This document shows, piece by piece, positions 33,301 to 46,536 of a stretch of DNA of 64,000 bases. The stretch's first letter is position 1. Each line of letters starts with the position of its first letter. The stretch is from the NCBI GenBank assembly GCA_000004985.1, contig GG738875.1; one strand, written 5' to 3'. The stretch is from Naegleria gruberi. Taxonomy: Eukaryota. The notes under the pieces are model-generated. The model did not search any database, was not told the origin of the DNA, and saw nothing but the letters and a program-made list of their open reading frames with translations. Both the position numbers and the translations under genes were made by a program.

Positions 33301-36300
33301 TCAAATTCCTTTAATTACCAAGAAAGTTTTACTTTTAAATAATGGTATCCAGAAAACTTTAACTAATGTACAAAGATTTGTAAATACCTACACCAAATAC
33401 CAAGAGTATTGGAAGACACCAAAAGAAATGGCTATGGAAAAGTTTGGTAGTAAAGACCCTTCATGGGATGCCTATTACAGAAAATTGGAAGACTATCATA
33501 GATTGTTAGAAGATATTAATTCTCATACAAAACCAATCAAGGATTTAGAATTTATTAGAATAGATTCAACATCATTTATAAAATCCTTCACAGATGAATT
33601 GAGAAAATGGATTGAAGCAATGTCCAAATTATTAAATAGCAATATTGAACCTAAAGCCAAGGAATTAAATGCTAAAATTGATAGCTTCAAGGAGGGGTTA
33701 ACAATTGAAATCAAGGAACTTGATGATTTGAGAAAGGTACTTTCAGTAATTGATGAAGGTAGATCTAGCTCTGCTGATATAGAACGAGAATATAGAGAAG
33801 TTGAGGATGTTTACCATACTATGATTTCTTATGGTGTTAAAATTCCAACTGAAGAAATGGAACTTGTTAATGGACTGAGATCAAAATGGGAAAATTTAAT
33901 GGTAGCCTCAAAGGAAATGGAAATTGAATTGATTCCACAAAAAGAAAGATTCACTTCTGAGACACAAAAGAGAGTTTCTCAATTCCAAATTGAAGTTACT
34001 AAATTGAAGGACGAATTTGATAAAGGTCCAGGTAATCCATCAGTACAATTGGAAGAAGGTCTCGAACAAATGGAGTCACTTAAAGGTGCTATGGAAGAAA
34101 AGAAAAAGACCAGAGATTACCTTGTTCAATCAGAAAAATTATTCGACCTACCAATTACTCCTTATCCAGATTTTGTGCAACTCGAAAAGAAGATGGCCAA
34201 GTTTGGTAAGATTTTCGAAATATTTGGAGATTGGCAAAAGAAGCTTACCAAATGGTCTAGAACTCTTTGGGTTGAAGCTCCTATTGAAGAAATGACCAAA
34301 GAAACCTCACGATTCTCCCAAATGTTGATTAGTAAGAAGGAATTCCCTCAAGAGCTTCAAGAATTACCTGCTCACAAGACATTTAAGAGTAAGGTTAAAC
34401 ATTTCCAAAAGACCATTGAATTACTTTCATGTCTTAAGAGTGAAGCATTGAGAGAGAGACATTGGGAGCAATTGATGAAAGCTACAGGTAAAAACTTTGA
34501 TATCAATCCATCAACATTCACATTGAAAAATTTGATTGATATGAACTTGTATGAACACGAAAATAGTATTAATGAAATCACAGAATCTGCCAATAAGGAA
34601 CTTGATGTTGAAAATACAATTAAGAAGGTTGCTGAGGTTTGGAGAAATAGAAAATTCGATCTCAAGAAGCACATTAGAGATGGTGAAGATAGAGGTTTTG
34701 TTTTGACCGGTATTGATAGTGTAAAAGAACAATTGGAAGAAGATACTGCCAACTTGGCTGCCATTTCTGGTACTCAACATTCTGTACCTTTTGCTGCTGA
34801 ACTTAGCAAATGGGAAGGATATCTTTCTAAGATTGATGAAGTTACTACTCTTTGGGTAGATGTTCAAAGAACCTGGATGTACCTTGAAATCATTTTTATT
34901 GGTTCAGAAGATATTAAGGATCAATTACCAGAACAAGCAAAAGCCTTTAAGAAGATCGATACTGATTGGGCTAAAACTATGGCTGAAACAGCCAAGAATA
35001 GAAATGTGTTGGAGAATTGTTGCCAAGGAGGTGACAAACTTTCCCTCATGTCTAGTCTACAAATAAGACTCAACGAATGCCAAAAGGGTTTAAACAATTA
35101 TTTGCAATCAAAGAGAAACGCCTTCCCAAGATTCTTCTTCATTTCAGACAATGAGTTGCTAAGTATTCTTGGTTCTTCTGATTTGAATACTATCCAAAAG
35201 AGTATTGGTAACTTATTTGAAAACTGTGGTAGTCTTATTATCAAACCAAACACTAATTTAGTTTTAGGTATGGTTTCCAAAGAAGGAGAAGAATACACAT
35301 TCGATAAACCTGTAAGAGCTGAAGGATTTATTGAAAAATGGTTAACTGCTGTTCAAAGTGAAATGAGAAAGACACTCAAAATTATTATGAAAAAATCCGT
35401 CTACGCTTATCCATCTGTTCCTAGAATTGATTGGATCAAAGAGAATCTAGGAATGGTCACTTTGTGTGGCTCTCAAATTTGGTGGACTTGGGAAGTTGAG
35501 GATTCCTTTAGAAGAGTTAAAAATGGTGAAAAGATGGCTGTTAAAAATTTGGCTGTTTTACTCACTCAAAGATTGAACGCTTTGGTTGATGAAGTTAGAA
35601 CACCTCTTAATTCTCAAGTTAGAAAAAAGATTACCACCATGATTATTATCGATGTTCATGCCAGAGATATTGTAGACAGATTGGTAAGAGACAGTATTTT
35701 GGACGAAAGAGAATTCGATTGGGAAAGTCAATTGAGATTCTATTGGGACAAATCTGCTAACGATGTTAAAATTAGACAATGTACTGGTGAATTTGACTAT
35801 GGTTATGAATATATGGGTCTTAATGGTAGACTTGTTATTACTCCATTGACTGATAGATGTTTCATGACTTTAACTCAAGCTCTTACATTTAATTTGGGTG
35901 GTTCTCCATCTGGTCCTGCAGGTACAGGTAAAACAGAAAGTGTTAAAGATTTGGCCAAGAGTTTGGCTCTTATTTGTATTGTTTTTAACTGTGGTGAAGG
36001 TCTTGACTACAAGGCTATGTATATGAATTTTTCAGGTTTGTGTCAAACTGGTGCTTGGGGATGTTTTGATGAGTTCAACAGAATTGAATTACCTGTCCTT
36101 TCTGTCGTTTCTACTCAAATCAGAGAAATTCAAAGCGCTCTTAAGGCAGCAAAGGATGAATTTAGATTTGAAGAAGAAGATATCAAACTCGATAGAAAGC
36201 TTGGTATCTTTATTACTATGAATCCAGGTTATGCTGGAAGAGTAGAATTACCTGACAATCTCAAAGCATTGTTCAGACCATGTGTCATGGTAGTGCCTGA

Positions 36301-39300
36301 TTTGGAAATTATTTGTGAAATCATGTTGTTCTCTGAAGGTTTCAACTCTGCCAGAGTTTTGGCTAGAAAGATGACAAAACTTTATCACTTAGCCTCTGGA
36401 CAACTTTCAAAACAACACCACTACGATTGGGGTCTCAGACCACTCAAATCAGTCTTAGTTTTTGCCGGTAGATTAAAGAGAGAAAATCCAGAAAAGAGAG
36501 AGGATGAACTTTTAATGAGAGCTTTGCATGACATGAATGCTCCAAAGTTTGTTTATGAAGATACGCCACTCTTCCACGATTTATTGAATGATCTTTTCGT
36601 AAATATTTCATATGAAAGACTCACTTATCCAAAACTTTACAAGGCTGTAGAAGAATCATTACAAGAAAAAGAAATGAAGTTACTTGAAGATGGTAGTCAA
36701 GTCGATAAGGTTATTCAAGTTTATGAAACCCTTGAAACTCGTCACTCTGTCATGATTGTTGGTGAAACTCAAGGAGGAAAAACAGTTGTTTTCAATGCTC
36801 TATGCTCAGCATTGAAGAAGGCTTTCAACTTTAACGTTAAACAATTGGTAATGAATCCAAAAGCTCAAGGTTTGGCAGAATTGCATGGCGTGCTTAATAA
36901 GGATACCAGAGATTGGACTTATGGTTTACTTTCATACTACTTTAAGGAACTTAACCAACCTTGTGAAAAGGGTAATGAAAGAAGATATCTTGTTTTTGAT
37001 GGTGATGTAGATGCTGAATGGATAGAAAATATGAACTCTGTCATGGATGATAACAAGATTTTGACTTTACCAAATGGTGAAAGAATTACTCTTCTCAACC
37101 CTCTCTGTTCATTAATGTTTGAAGTTGGTAACTTGAAACAAGCTTCTCCTGCCACTGTCAGTAGATGTGGTATGGTCTATGTAGATCCTAAGAATCTTGG
37201 TTTTGAACCATTTATTTGGACTTGGTTAAATCACAAGCTCAAGAAGGATCACCCAGAGAAAGTTGAAGTAATGCAACGTTTATTCGAAAAATATGAAAAG
37301 TCTTGTGTTGACTATGTATTGAAAGGTATTGATCTTGATGGTTCATTTGTTGAGAGACTCAAATTGAACGTTGTTATGAATTCTGTCAGTTTGGTATCAC
37401 AACATTGTAATATGCTTGACGTAATATTTGCTGATCCAGAACAAAATACTGAAGATGAAAGAGAATTAGAGTGCCTCTTTGTTTTCTCTCTTATTTGGTC
37501 TGTTGGCGCTGTTGTTGTGGATAACGATAGAAAACGTTTTGATGACTTTATTAAGAAACTCACAAAGTGGAAATCTGTAGATAATGGTGAAAGCTTGACT
37601 GACCATTTTGTTGGTGTTGGTTGTTGTCCTTCAAGATTGACACTTTATGAATATTTCTTTGATATTAATAATCACCAATGGAAACCTTGGAAGGTTGCTG
37701 TCCCACTTTACACTCCTCCAGCTAATGGAAGATTCTCTAGTATTATTGTTCCAACTGTTGATACAGTTAGATATACTCATTTATTGAGTTCATTTGTATC
37801 ACTTGGTAAGCCAGTACTCTTTGTAGGCTCTTCAGGTACTGCCAAGTCAGTCATGATCAAGAACTTTGTTAAAGACTTGACAGACAAGAATGAGAAAATG
37901 ACTAATTTATCTATTAACTTTTCTAGTAGAACATCTAGTTTGGATTTGCAAAGAACCATCGAAGACAATATTGAAAAGAGAGTTGGTGATAACTACGGAC
38001 CTTTACAACAAAAGAAGATGATAGTCTTTATTGATGATATGAACATGCCAAACTTTGACAAATATGGTACCCAACAACCTATTGCTTTATTGAAATTGAT
38101 GTTAGAAAAGCAAGGTTTCTATGAACGTAAAACTACCAATCTGGCCTTTATGAGATTACTTGATATGCAATACGTTGCTGCCATGCAACCAACATTTGGC
38201 AGTAATGCTATGGATCCAAGAATTGTTTCTAAATTCAATGTGCTTAATATTTCTTTCCCATCTGATGATTCTATTGACCATATTTATAGTTCCATTTTAA
38301 GTCATCATCTTACAAACTTCTCTCAAGAAATTCAAGATGTTAGTTCAAAGATAACCAAGTCAACTATTAGATTGTACAAGTATCTTGTAAATTCACTTCC
38401 TCCAACTCCTTCCAAATTCCACTACCTCTTCAACTTGAGAGATTTGAGCAGAATTTATGAAGGTTTATGTTTATCTACTATTGATAAGCAAAACGAGGCT
38501 GCAAAGTTTATTAGATTGTGGAGAAATGAACTTTTGAGAGTTTTCCATGATAGACTTATCTCAGTAGCAGATAAAACTCTCACCATCAATGCTATTGAAG
38601 ATGAAATCAAGACTGTTTTCCATAGTCACTCAGAATATGTTCTCAGAAATCCAATTGTTTATGGCGATTTCCTTGACTTCCAAGATCCAAATAATCCAAG
38701 ATTATACGAAGATTTAACGGATTATGATAGAGTTAAGCCTGTTATTGAAGATGCCATCAATATTTACAATGAAAGACCAGGTATTAAGAAATTAGATCTT
38801 GTAATGTTCGAAGATGCATTGGAGCATTTAACTAGACTTTTGAGAATTGTTAGAATGGATAGAGGTAATGCTCTCCTTATTGGTGTTGGTGGTTCTGGTA
38901 AACAAAGTTTAACTAGACTAGCATCTTTTGTTGCTGGATATGAGTTATACGAAATCAAACTCTCAAGAGGTTATAATGAAAATCAATTCCGTGAAGATTT
39001 GAAGAATTTGTACAGAAAACTTGGTGTAGAAGATAAGAAAGTATTGTTCTTGTTTACTGATGCCCATGTTGTAGAAGAAGGATTTTTGGAATTCATCAAT
39101 AATATGCTTTCATCAGGTGTTGTTCCTGCATTATTCGAAGATAATGAAAAGGATGAACTCTACAACGCAGTATCTAAGGAAATTAAGACGACTAACATTG
39201 TTCCAAATAAGGAAAATATGTGGAACTTCTTTATTAACAAATGTAGAAATAATTTACACATTGTCCTTTCAATGACACCTACAGGTAGTACCCTCAGAGT

Positions 39301-42300
39301 TAGATGCAGAAACTTCCCAAGTTTAGTTAGTAGTACTACTATTGACTGGTTCACTTCTTGGCCTTCCCAAGCTCTCAAAGAAGTTGCTAACCAATTCTTG
39401 TCAGATGATTCAGTTCCGCAAGAATTGTTGCAATCTATCAATACTCATATGATTTTCGTACATCAAAGTGTTGAGAAATATAGTAATAGATTTGCTCTCG
39501 AATACAGACGTTATAACTATGTTACACCAAAGAATTATCTTGATTACATCAATACTTACAAGAGATTACTCAATGAAAATAGAAGTAAGATTGATGAAAT
39601 GATCAAGAGACTTGATGGTGGTTTGAAGAAACTAAGAGAAGGTAAAGATGAAGTTGAAGAAAGAAAGAAGGAATTATCTGAAGCCTCTGAAATTCTCCAA
39701 ACAAAGTCTGTTGAAAACCAACAGCTTCTTCAAGTTATTAGTGAAAGACTTACAGAAGCCTCAGAACAAAGTAAACTCCAACAAGAAAGAGAAGAAGAAA
39801 TTAAGAAGGAACTTGAAAACATTCAAAAGCAAAAGATTGAAGAAGAAGAGAAGTTAGCTGTAGCTGAACCCGCTGTTAGAGCTGCAGAAGAATCTTTGAA
39901 GAAACTTGACAGAAATGCTATTACAGAAATGAAGTCATTTGCCAGTCCTTCCCAAGTCATTCAAGATGTTGGTGCTTGTATTTATATCCTCTTAGAAGAT
40001 GATTCTCCATCACAAATTACTTGGTCTAATGTTAAGTCTATCATGACTGAAGCCTTCTTTAACAGATTGGTTACCTATGAAAAGTCAAGACTTACATCTA
40101 ATAAGATTAACAAAATTGAAACTATTTACAGAAAGAACGGTGATGCCATGAAACCTGAAGAAATTGCTAAAGTTTCAAGTACATTGGCTGAAATTATTAA
40201 GTGGGTTAACTCAATGAGAGAATACTTTAATGCTATGAGGGTCGTCAAACCAATCAGAAAGAAGAAGGAAGAAGCCGAAAGAAAGCTTGCCTCATTCACA
40301 GAACAATTAGCAACCATCAAATCAAAGCTCATTAAGTTAAAAGAGGATATTGCTGAATACAAGGTAAAATATCAAAGAGGTCAAGAAGAAGAAAAGAGTT
40401 TGATTGAAAAGAAATTAAGTATGGAAGCTAAACTTACAGCTGCCAACAAACTTATTGAAGGTTTAGGCTCGGAAAGAGAAAGATGGGCTCAACAAATTCA
40501 AGAACTTGCAGAAAAGAAGAATAGATTAATTGGTGATTGTTTAATTTGTTCAGCATTTTTGAGTTACACTGGTGCCTTCACTGTTGACTTTAGAAAGGAA
40601 ATGATTCAAGAATGGATCAATGAAATGAAGGAAACAGAAATTCCACTTACATTCCCATTCGATATTGAAGATATTCTTACTGACGATGTTCAAAAGAGTC
40701 AATGGGCATATGAAGGATTACCTTCTGATAAGATTTCTACTCAAAATGGTGTTCTCACAACCCACGCTTCAAGATTCCCTCTTTGTATTGACCCTCAACT
40801 TCAAGCTGTTAAATGGATCAAGAACAAGGAAAAGAACATTAGAGTTTGCTCTTTTAGTGATTCTGACTTTATGAGAAAGATTGAAAATGCTATGAAATAT
40901 GGAGAAACTGTACTTTTTGAAAATGTTGATGAAGTTATTGATCCAATGATAGATCCTGTTTTGGATATGGAAATTAAGGGAAAGAAGAGAATTGTTAGAA
41001 TGGGTGGTGATGAAATTGATGTTGATCCGAAATTCAAACTCTACATGTGTACCAGAATTTCCAATCCTCATTACACTCCTGAAATTGCCAGTAAGACAAT
41101 TATTATCAACTACAGTGTTACTGAAGAAGGTTTAGAAGAACAATTATTGAATATTGTAGTCAATCATGAAAGACCAGAACTTGAAGAAGCAAGAAGAGAA
41201 TTGGTTCAAACAATGTCTGAAAGCAAGACTTTACTTCAACAATTGGAAGCAAAAATTTTGAAGGAATTGAACTCTACAGGAGGTGGTTCCCTTATTGATA
41301 ATGTTGAATTGATTCATACTTTAGAAGAAACTAGAAACAAAGTACGTGAAATCAACACAAAGATCATTCAGACAAAGCAAAACGAGAAAGAAAACTTTAA
41401 GGCTAGACAAGGCTATAGACCTGCTGCAAAGAGAGGTACTATTCTCTACTTTGTCATGTCCAGTTTATCAAATATTAACTCTATGTATGAATATTCATTA
41501 TCTTCATTCTCACAAGACGTCTTTGAAACTTCATTGTCAAGAAGTCAACCTTCAAGAATGTTAGAAGGTAGATTGGATAATATTGTTGACTACTTGACCA
41601 AGTCAGCATATAGTTATACATGTGCTGGTTTGTTTGGTGTGCACAAACTTTCATTCTCTCTCCAAATTGTTCTCAAGATTATGGATAGTGAAACTAGACT
41701 TAATCAAGCTGAACTTGATTTCTTCCTCAAGGGTGATCTAACAATTGGTCTTGAAACTCCAAATCCATGTGAATGGTTATCTGAAAGCAGTTGGAAAGAT
41801 TTGTTAGCCCTTTCAAAGATTTGCGAAAACTTAAAGGGATTATCTGAAGACGTTACCAATAATTCTTTATGGAAAGAATGGTATGACCATGCTGAGCCAG
41901 AAGCTTTACCTCTTCCAAACGAAAAATATCAAAGTGTTGTTACTCCATTCCAACAAATGTGTATTCTTCGTTGTTTGAGACCTGACAGAATTGTAGTTTC
42001 TGCAACCAAGTTTATTGCAGATGAGATGAAGAATGAATATTTTGTCAAACCACCTGTTCTCACTTTTGAAAATATCTTTAGTCAAAGTTCCAAGCTTTCA
42101 CCAATTGTTTGCATGATCAGTCCTGGTTATGACCCAGCAAATGACATTATCAAACTTTCAAATGAACTTGATAAGAGAGTCAAGTATATTTCTCTTGGTG
42201 AAGGTCAAGGTGAAAAAGCCCTTGCTTTGCTTGAAAAAGGTATTTCTAAAGGCATGTGGGTTCTTCTTCAAAATTGTCATTTGTTGGTTGATTGGATGAA

Positions 42301-43921
42301 GAATGTTGAACACATTTTAGAAAAACTTGAAAAGGATAAGGTTCATGATGAATTTAGACTCTGGTTAACAACTGAAGTTACTCCAAAATTCCCTATTGGT
42401 ATTCTTCAACGTTCTCTTAAGGTTGTCACAGAGCCTCCAAACTCTTTGCAACTTAACATGAAATCAACATTTTCTAATATTTCTGATCCAGAGTTAGATG
42501 AATGTCACCACAAATCTTTCAGACCATTAGTTTATGTTCTGTCTTATTTCCATGCTGTTATCCAAGAAAGAAGAAAGTATGGTAAAATTGGTTGGAATAT
42601 TCCATATGATTTCAACAAGTCTGATTTTGATGTCAGCTTCAGTCTTATTAGAACATATTTGAATAAGGCATCAATGTATAATGATCCAATTCCATGGGAC
42701 AGTCTCAAGTACCTTGTTGGTGAAGCTATGTATGGTGGTAGAGTTACAGACAAGTTTGACAGAAGAGTTCTTACTACATATCTCAATGAATTTATGGGTG
42801 ACTTCTTGTTTGATACCTTCCAACCTTTCCGTTTCTACGAAGATGAAAGTGTTTGTTATGAGTTACCACCAATGGAAAGAGAAAAGCTTATCGGAAAACA
42901 AAATATGATTGTTCCACTTGCTGTAGAAGATTTCTCTGAATTTATTGAGAGGAACGTTAAGCTTACAAACTCTCCAAGCGTTTTTGGTTTGCATCCTAAT
43001 GCAGAAATTGGTTACTTGACCAATTCTACATCTAATTTGTGGAGTGATCTCATATCTTTACAAATTGGTGTATCTTCTCATGGTGGTAAAGGAACTGGTG
43101 ATGAATATATCAAATCAGCCCTCAGCATTATCCCAGAACCATTTGATAAGGAAGAAATTCAATCAAAGATTCTTCAAAAGTCAAGCAAGCTCACTCCAAT
43201 TAATGTAGTCTTACTTCAAGAAATTGATAGATGGAATGCTCTAGTAGCAGTTATGAAGAGATCATTAATTGATTTGCAAAAGGCTTTGGCTGGTGAAATT
43301 GGTATGAGTGAAGAACTTGAAAATTTGAGTAATTCCATTAATATTGGTATAGTTCCTCAACTCTGGAAGCAAATGGCACCACCAACAAGATTGAATTTAT
43401 CTTCATGGTTAGAACATTTCAAGGAAAGATATAGTCAATATGTTGATTGGATTAAGTATGGTGAAGATCCTGTTGTTATTTGGTTGAGTGGTTTGCATGA
43501 ACCAGTTTCCTACATCACTGCTCTTATTCAAATGACATGTAAGAAATACAAATGGCCTCTCGATCGTACAACTATTACAACTAGAGTTACAGAGTACAGA
43601 GCCTCACATCAAGTCAAAGAAAAGCCTCAAGATGGTTGTTATGTGCGAGGTTTATTCTTGGAAGGAGCTGCTTGGGACTTGAAGAATAGATGTCTTAAAA
43701 CACAAAATCCAAAACAATTGAGAGAAGAACTTCCTATTCTTGAAATTATTCCAACAGAAAACTCCAAAGTCAAATTACAAAATACTTTCAATGCACCTGT
43801 TTATTATACTCCAGATAGAAATGATGGTGGTAATAAGGGATTGGTATTTGAAGCTAATCTCCAAACTGATGAACACGAAAGTATTTGGACCTTACAAGGT
43901 GTTGCAGTAACAATGACTTAA
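30396..43921 (+). CDS. Axonemal dynein heavy chain of about 4,446 aa (inner-arm-like). Model: join(30396..30722,30771..30863,30910..31410,31453..31627,31677..43921)
   Basis: Four short 5' introns of 48, 46, 42 and 49 nt with GTAAGT, GTAAGC, GTATGT and GTATGT donors. They join the track ORFs 30396.., 31009.. and 31709.. in frame. The N-terminal DHC_N1 signature is present (SMMNAIRMVWVISRYYNTDKRM). AAA1 P-loop GPAGTGKTESVKDLAKSLA...FNCGEGLDY...WGCFDEFNRI. AAA2-4 P-loops GETQGGKT, GSSGTAKS, GVGGSGKQ. Stalk and C-terminal domain are present. The final 12.2 kb is intron-free. Confidence 0.85.
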
Positions 43922-43969
43922 ATAAACAAATAATTTCATTAATTCATACTCCTATTAAAAATCATATTA

Positions 43970-44149
43970 TTACACTCTATACCAATAGTTTTCACAAAAT
44001 TGTTTCGAATAGTGTAGATATATCCTGTGGGCAACAATCTTTTCGGCAAGTGCTGATTTCTTTCCTTTAGACTTGATTCTCAAACTTTTGCAAATTTCGA
44101 CCAATTCCTCTTTCCTCTTCTTGATCAATTCTACTGTTTCTTCTGACAT
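43970..44149 (-). CDS. Small ORF (59 aa) with a SAP-like DNA/RNA-binding motif
   Basis: ATG at 44149, stop TAA at 43970-43972 (checked by manual reverse complement). MSEETVELIKKRKEELVEICKSLRIKSKGKKSALAEKIVAH resembles the SAP helix-extended-helix consensus (L..LKV.EL..EL..RGL...G.K..L..RL). It is below the 60-aa threshold of the ORF track. It lies tail-to-tail with the dynein gene and head-to-head with the NTPase gene. Confidence 0.3.
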   Translation of the reverse strand: MSEETVELIKKRKEELVEICKSLRIKSKGKKSALAEKIVAHRIYLHYSKQFCENYWYRV

Positions 44150-44265
44150 TCGTTTTTTTTATTGTTAAAAATTTTTTTAATAGTTTTGCTTCAAATAGAA
44201 ATTGGGAACTTGTAAAGTTATTTTTAAAGAATTAAGGCATTGACAACGTAAAATTTGAAAAAAAA

Positions 44266-46437
44266 ATGTGGAAGGCCCCGACGCAAACGTTTGTTAAATC
44301 AAACTCTTACGGCCTTTTCTTTTTGCCAACAAAAGTCAGATTTAACCAAGTTAATCTTAGGGTTGTTAAACAAACAAATAACGTTAACTATCCCCAACCT
44401 CTAAGCTTTACGAACAATATGACATTTCCCAACAAACAATATTTTGAAGGCGAGGATTTGATGAATATGATGGATCAGGTTGCAAGGAAGATGAAGGATG
44501 TTACTGAAAAGCCTAAATGTAAACAAGTGTTGAATACCTATCGCACAGAGAGCCACGTACAAATATACAGATTTCTAGCCTCTGTTATGAATCAACTCCA
44601 ACACAATGAGTACAAAGATTGTAGAGGTCTAAATTCCCACACACTCATTGGACGAAGAGGAATTGGAAAAACAGCAACTCTCACCAATATATCTTTAGCC
44701 GGTCAATTATTGTTTCCAAAAATTATTCCTATTTACATTTCGTATTTGGGTATTCAGAATGATCCGTTCCTTCAACAACACACAGTCATGGAAGTTGTGG
44801 AAATGGTTCTAAATGAGCAGGGTATTCCAGTAGACACACTTGGAGGAAGATTTGTGAACATTATGGAAGCACTTTTTGAAGTAGATAAGCACGTTTTACT
44901 TATTGTGGATGAAATTGATCAATTGTATCAAGTTTGCCCAAATGGCTGGAGTGACACTTTGATTAAATCTTTGGGAGAACTTGCATCTATTGGTGATAAT
45001 GATAGTGGAAGGTTTTCAGCAATTCTTTGTGGCTCCTCTTCAAGAATTTCTTTACTTGTCAATGCCAATGGTAAGAAGGATGAAGTTACAGTGAAAGAGT
45101 TTCCTCTTGTTGCCAGCTCACCAAATTTGAATGGAAACAAGTTTAGAATAAGACGAATCCTTACGAATCCCCCAACTGACATTACAGTTGCTGCTCATAT
45201 CTTAGAATCTGGACTGGTCAATACAAAAAACAAGGCTATGTGTAAAGCTGTTACCTTTATTACTGGAGGTGTTACAAGAGAAATTCAGAGATTACAGTTT
45301 GAAAGAAGAGATGAGACATTCTTCACCTCTCTCCATGTAGAATCTAATCCTAAAGCTTTGGCTACATTATCCTCACCTGCAGGAGAAATTTGGAACAACA
45401 TTTTAGCTTTGCTATTCGAAAAAAACAAAGAATTACTTGAACAATTAGTAGATAAGGATGGGCTTACTGATATGGAAAAAGTAAAGAGTGTAAATTGGGA
45501 ATACCTGTTCAAGCCTTTAAGTTATACTGAACTCAAAGAAAAGATGGGTTCTGTAACCAATTTAGACCATTGGATTTTCCATTTGTTTGACAGAGATTAT
45601 ATTACTGTTTGTGAGATCAATAATGGAAGACCAGATGAAATTTACCCATACTCACTATATATGCTTTTGAGAAGTGGAATGACAGCAAGTACCAAAAGAG
45701 ATGATGCTAAACAAATATCTGCTTTTTTTAGAGGCATTATTTGTGAAATTTCTTCAAGCATCAAGGATCCTAAAAAGATGGGGGGTGTTGTTTTTAATTG
45801 GAGCTTTCGTGGGATAATTGGTTCGGCAGTAAATTCGTTATGAGCATTCTATTTCCAAATATTTTTAATCACCAACCCTAAAGAGAGATTCTAATTCCAA
45901 TAAGAAATCTAGCTCACAAGTTGATGAAATTTCTGCAAGACCTCCAATTAGAAGATCTAAAGTACCAATTCATTACAGTAATAAGGAAAGAACAACAAAA
46001 CATCCATCTTCACATACCTTGAAAAAGATTGAGATTGAAGATCATTGTAAGTTTTACAACATATATCGAATTTGTTGTGAACTTTATTGAAAGGTCCAAA
46101 ATGTGAAAAGAAGATTGAAAAATCTGCATTTGAGTATCATGTAAGAAGATGTAATTCCTCTAAAAATCAACCTAGAAAGTCATCTCTTGATTCAAACTGG
46201 AAATCTAAACATGGATTTTGTTTATCAAGAATAAGAAACAAAAGATTTCTAGTAAAGATAGTGAAATTCCAAAAGATGAATCCATTTAATAAACTCAAAC
46301 CTTGTTCTTATAAAGTACCTAAAATTATTAGAATAAACATGTTGGATCCACTCATCACTCATCTATTCAGCTCATTACTAAATGTATGTTGTTGGAATAA
46401 TGAAAAGGGTTCAAGAACTGTATCCTCCAACACTTAA
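44266..46437 (+). CDS. Novel P-loop NTPase (STAND / Arch_ATPase-like). Secure part 44266..45843 (525 aa). Possible extended model join(44266..45828,45884..46046,46094..46437) adds a C-terminal C2HC zinc finger (about 689 aa)
   Basis: Walker A LIGRRGIGKTATL and Walker B LLIVDEIDQL, followed by a helical domain. No close eukaryotic family recognised. The 525-aa ORF ends at TGA 45841-45843. An in-frame GCA|GTAAAT donor at 45829 and a ctaaAG acceptor at 45883 would skip the stop and read through a Ser/Lys-rich linker. A second intron (46047..46093, GTAAGT...GAAAG) leads into the ZC2HC1/FAM164-type C2HC zinc knuckle CPKCEKKIEKSAFEYHVRRC. The downstream exons have no ATG of their own. Confidence 0.5.
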
Positions 46438-46536
46438 TCAATCAAAAAAAATTACTTAATTTTACAAAATGAGTTTCCATTCGTATTACTGTACATCAAT
46501 ATTTATTTAGAAATTTAAATACAATCGAAAGAGGAA

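Noticed and set aside
45844-46093. Independent gene for the C2HC zinc-finger ORF (46087..46437)
   Set aside because: It has no ATG. The track start is a TTG, and the only in-frame upstream sequence lacks a start. It is better explained as the 3' exons of the upstream NTPase gene or as an unexpressed remnant, so it is reported only as a linked model.
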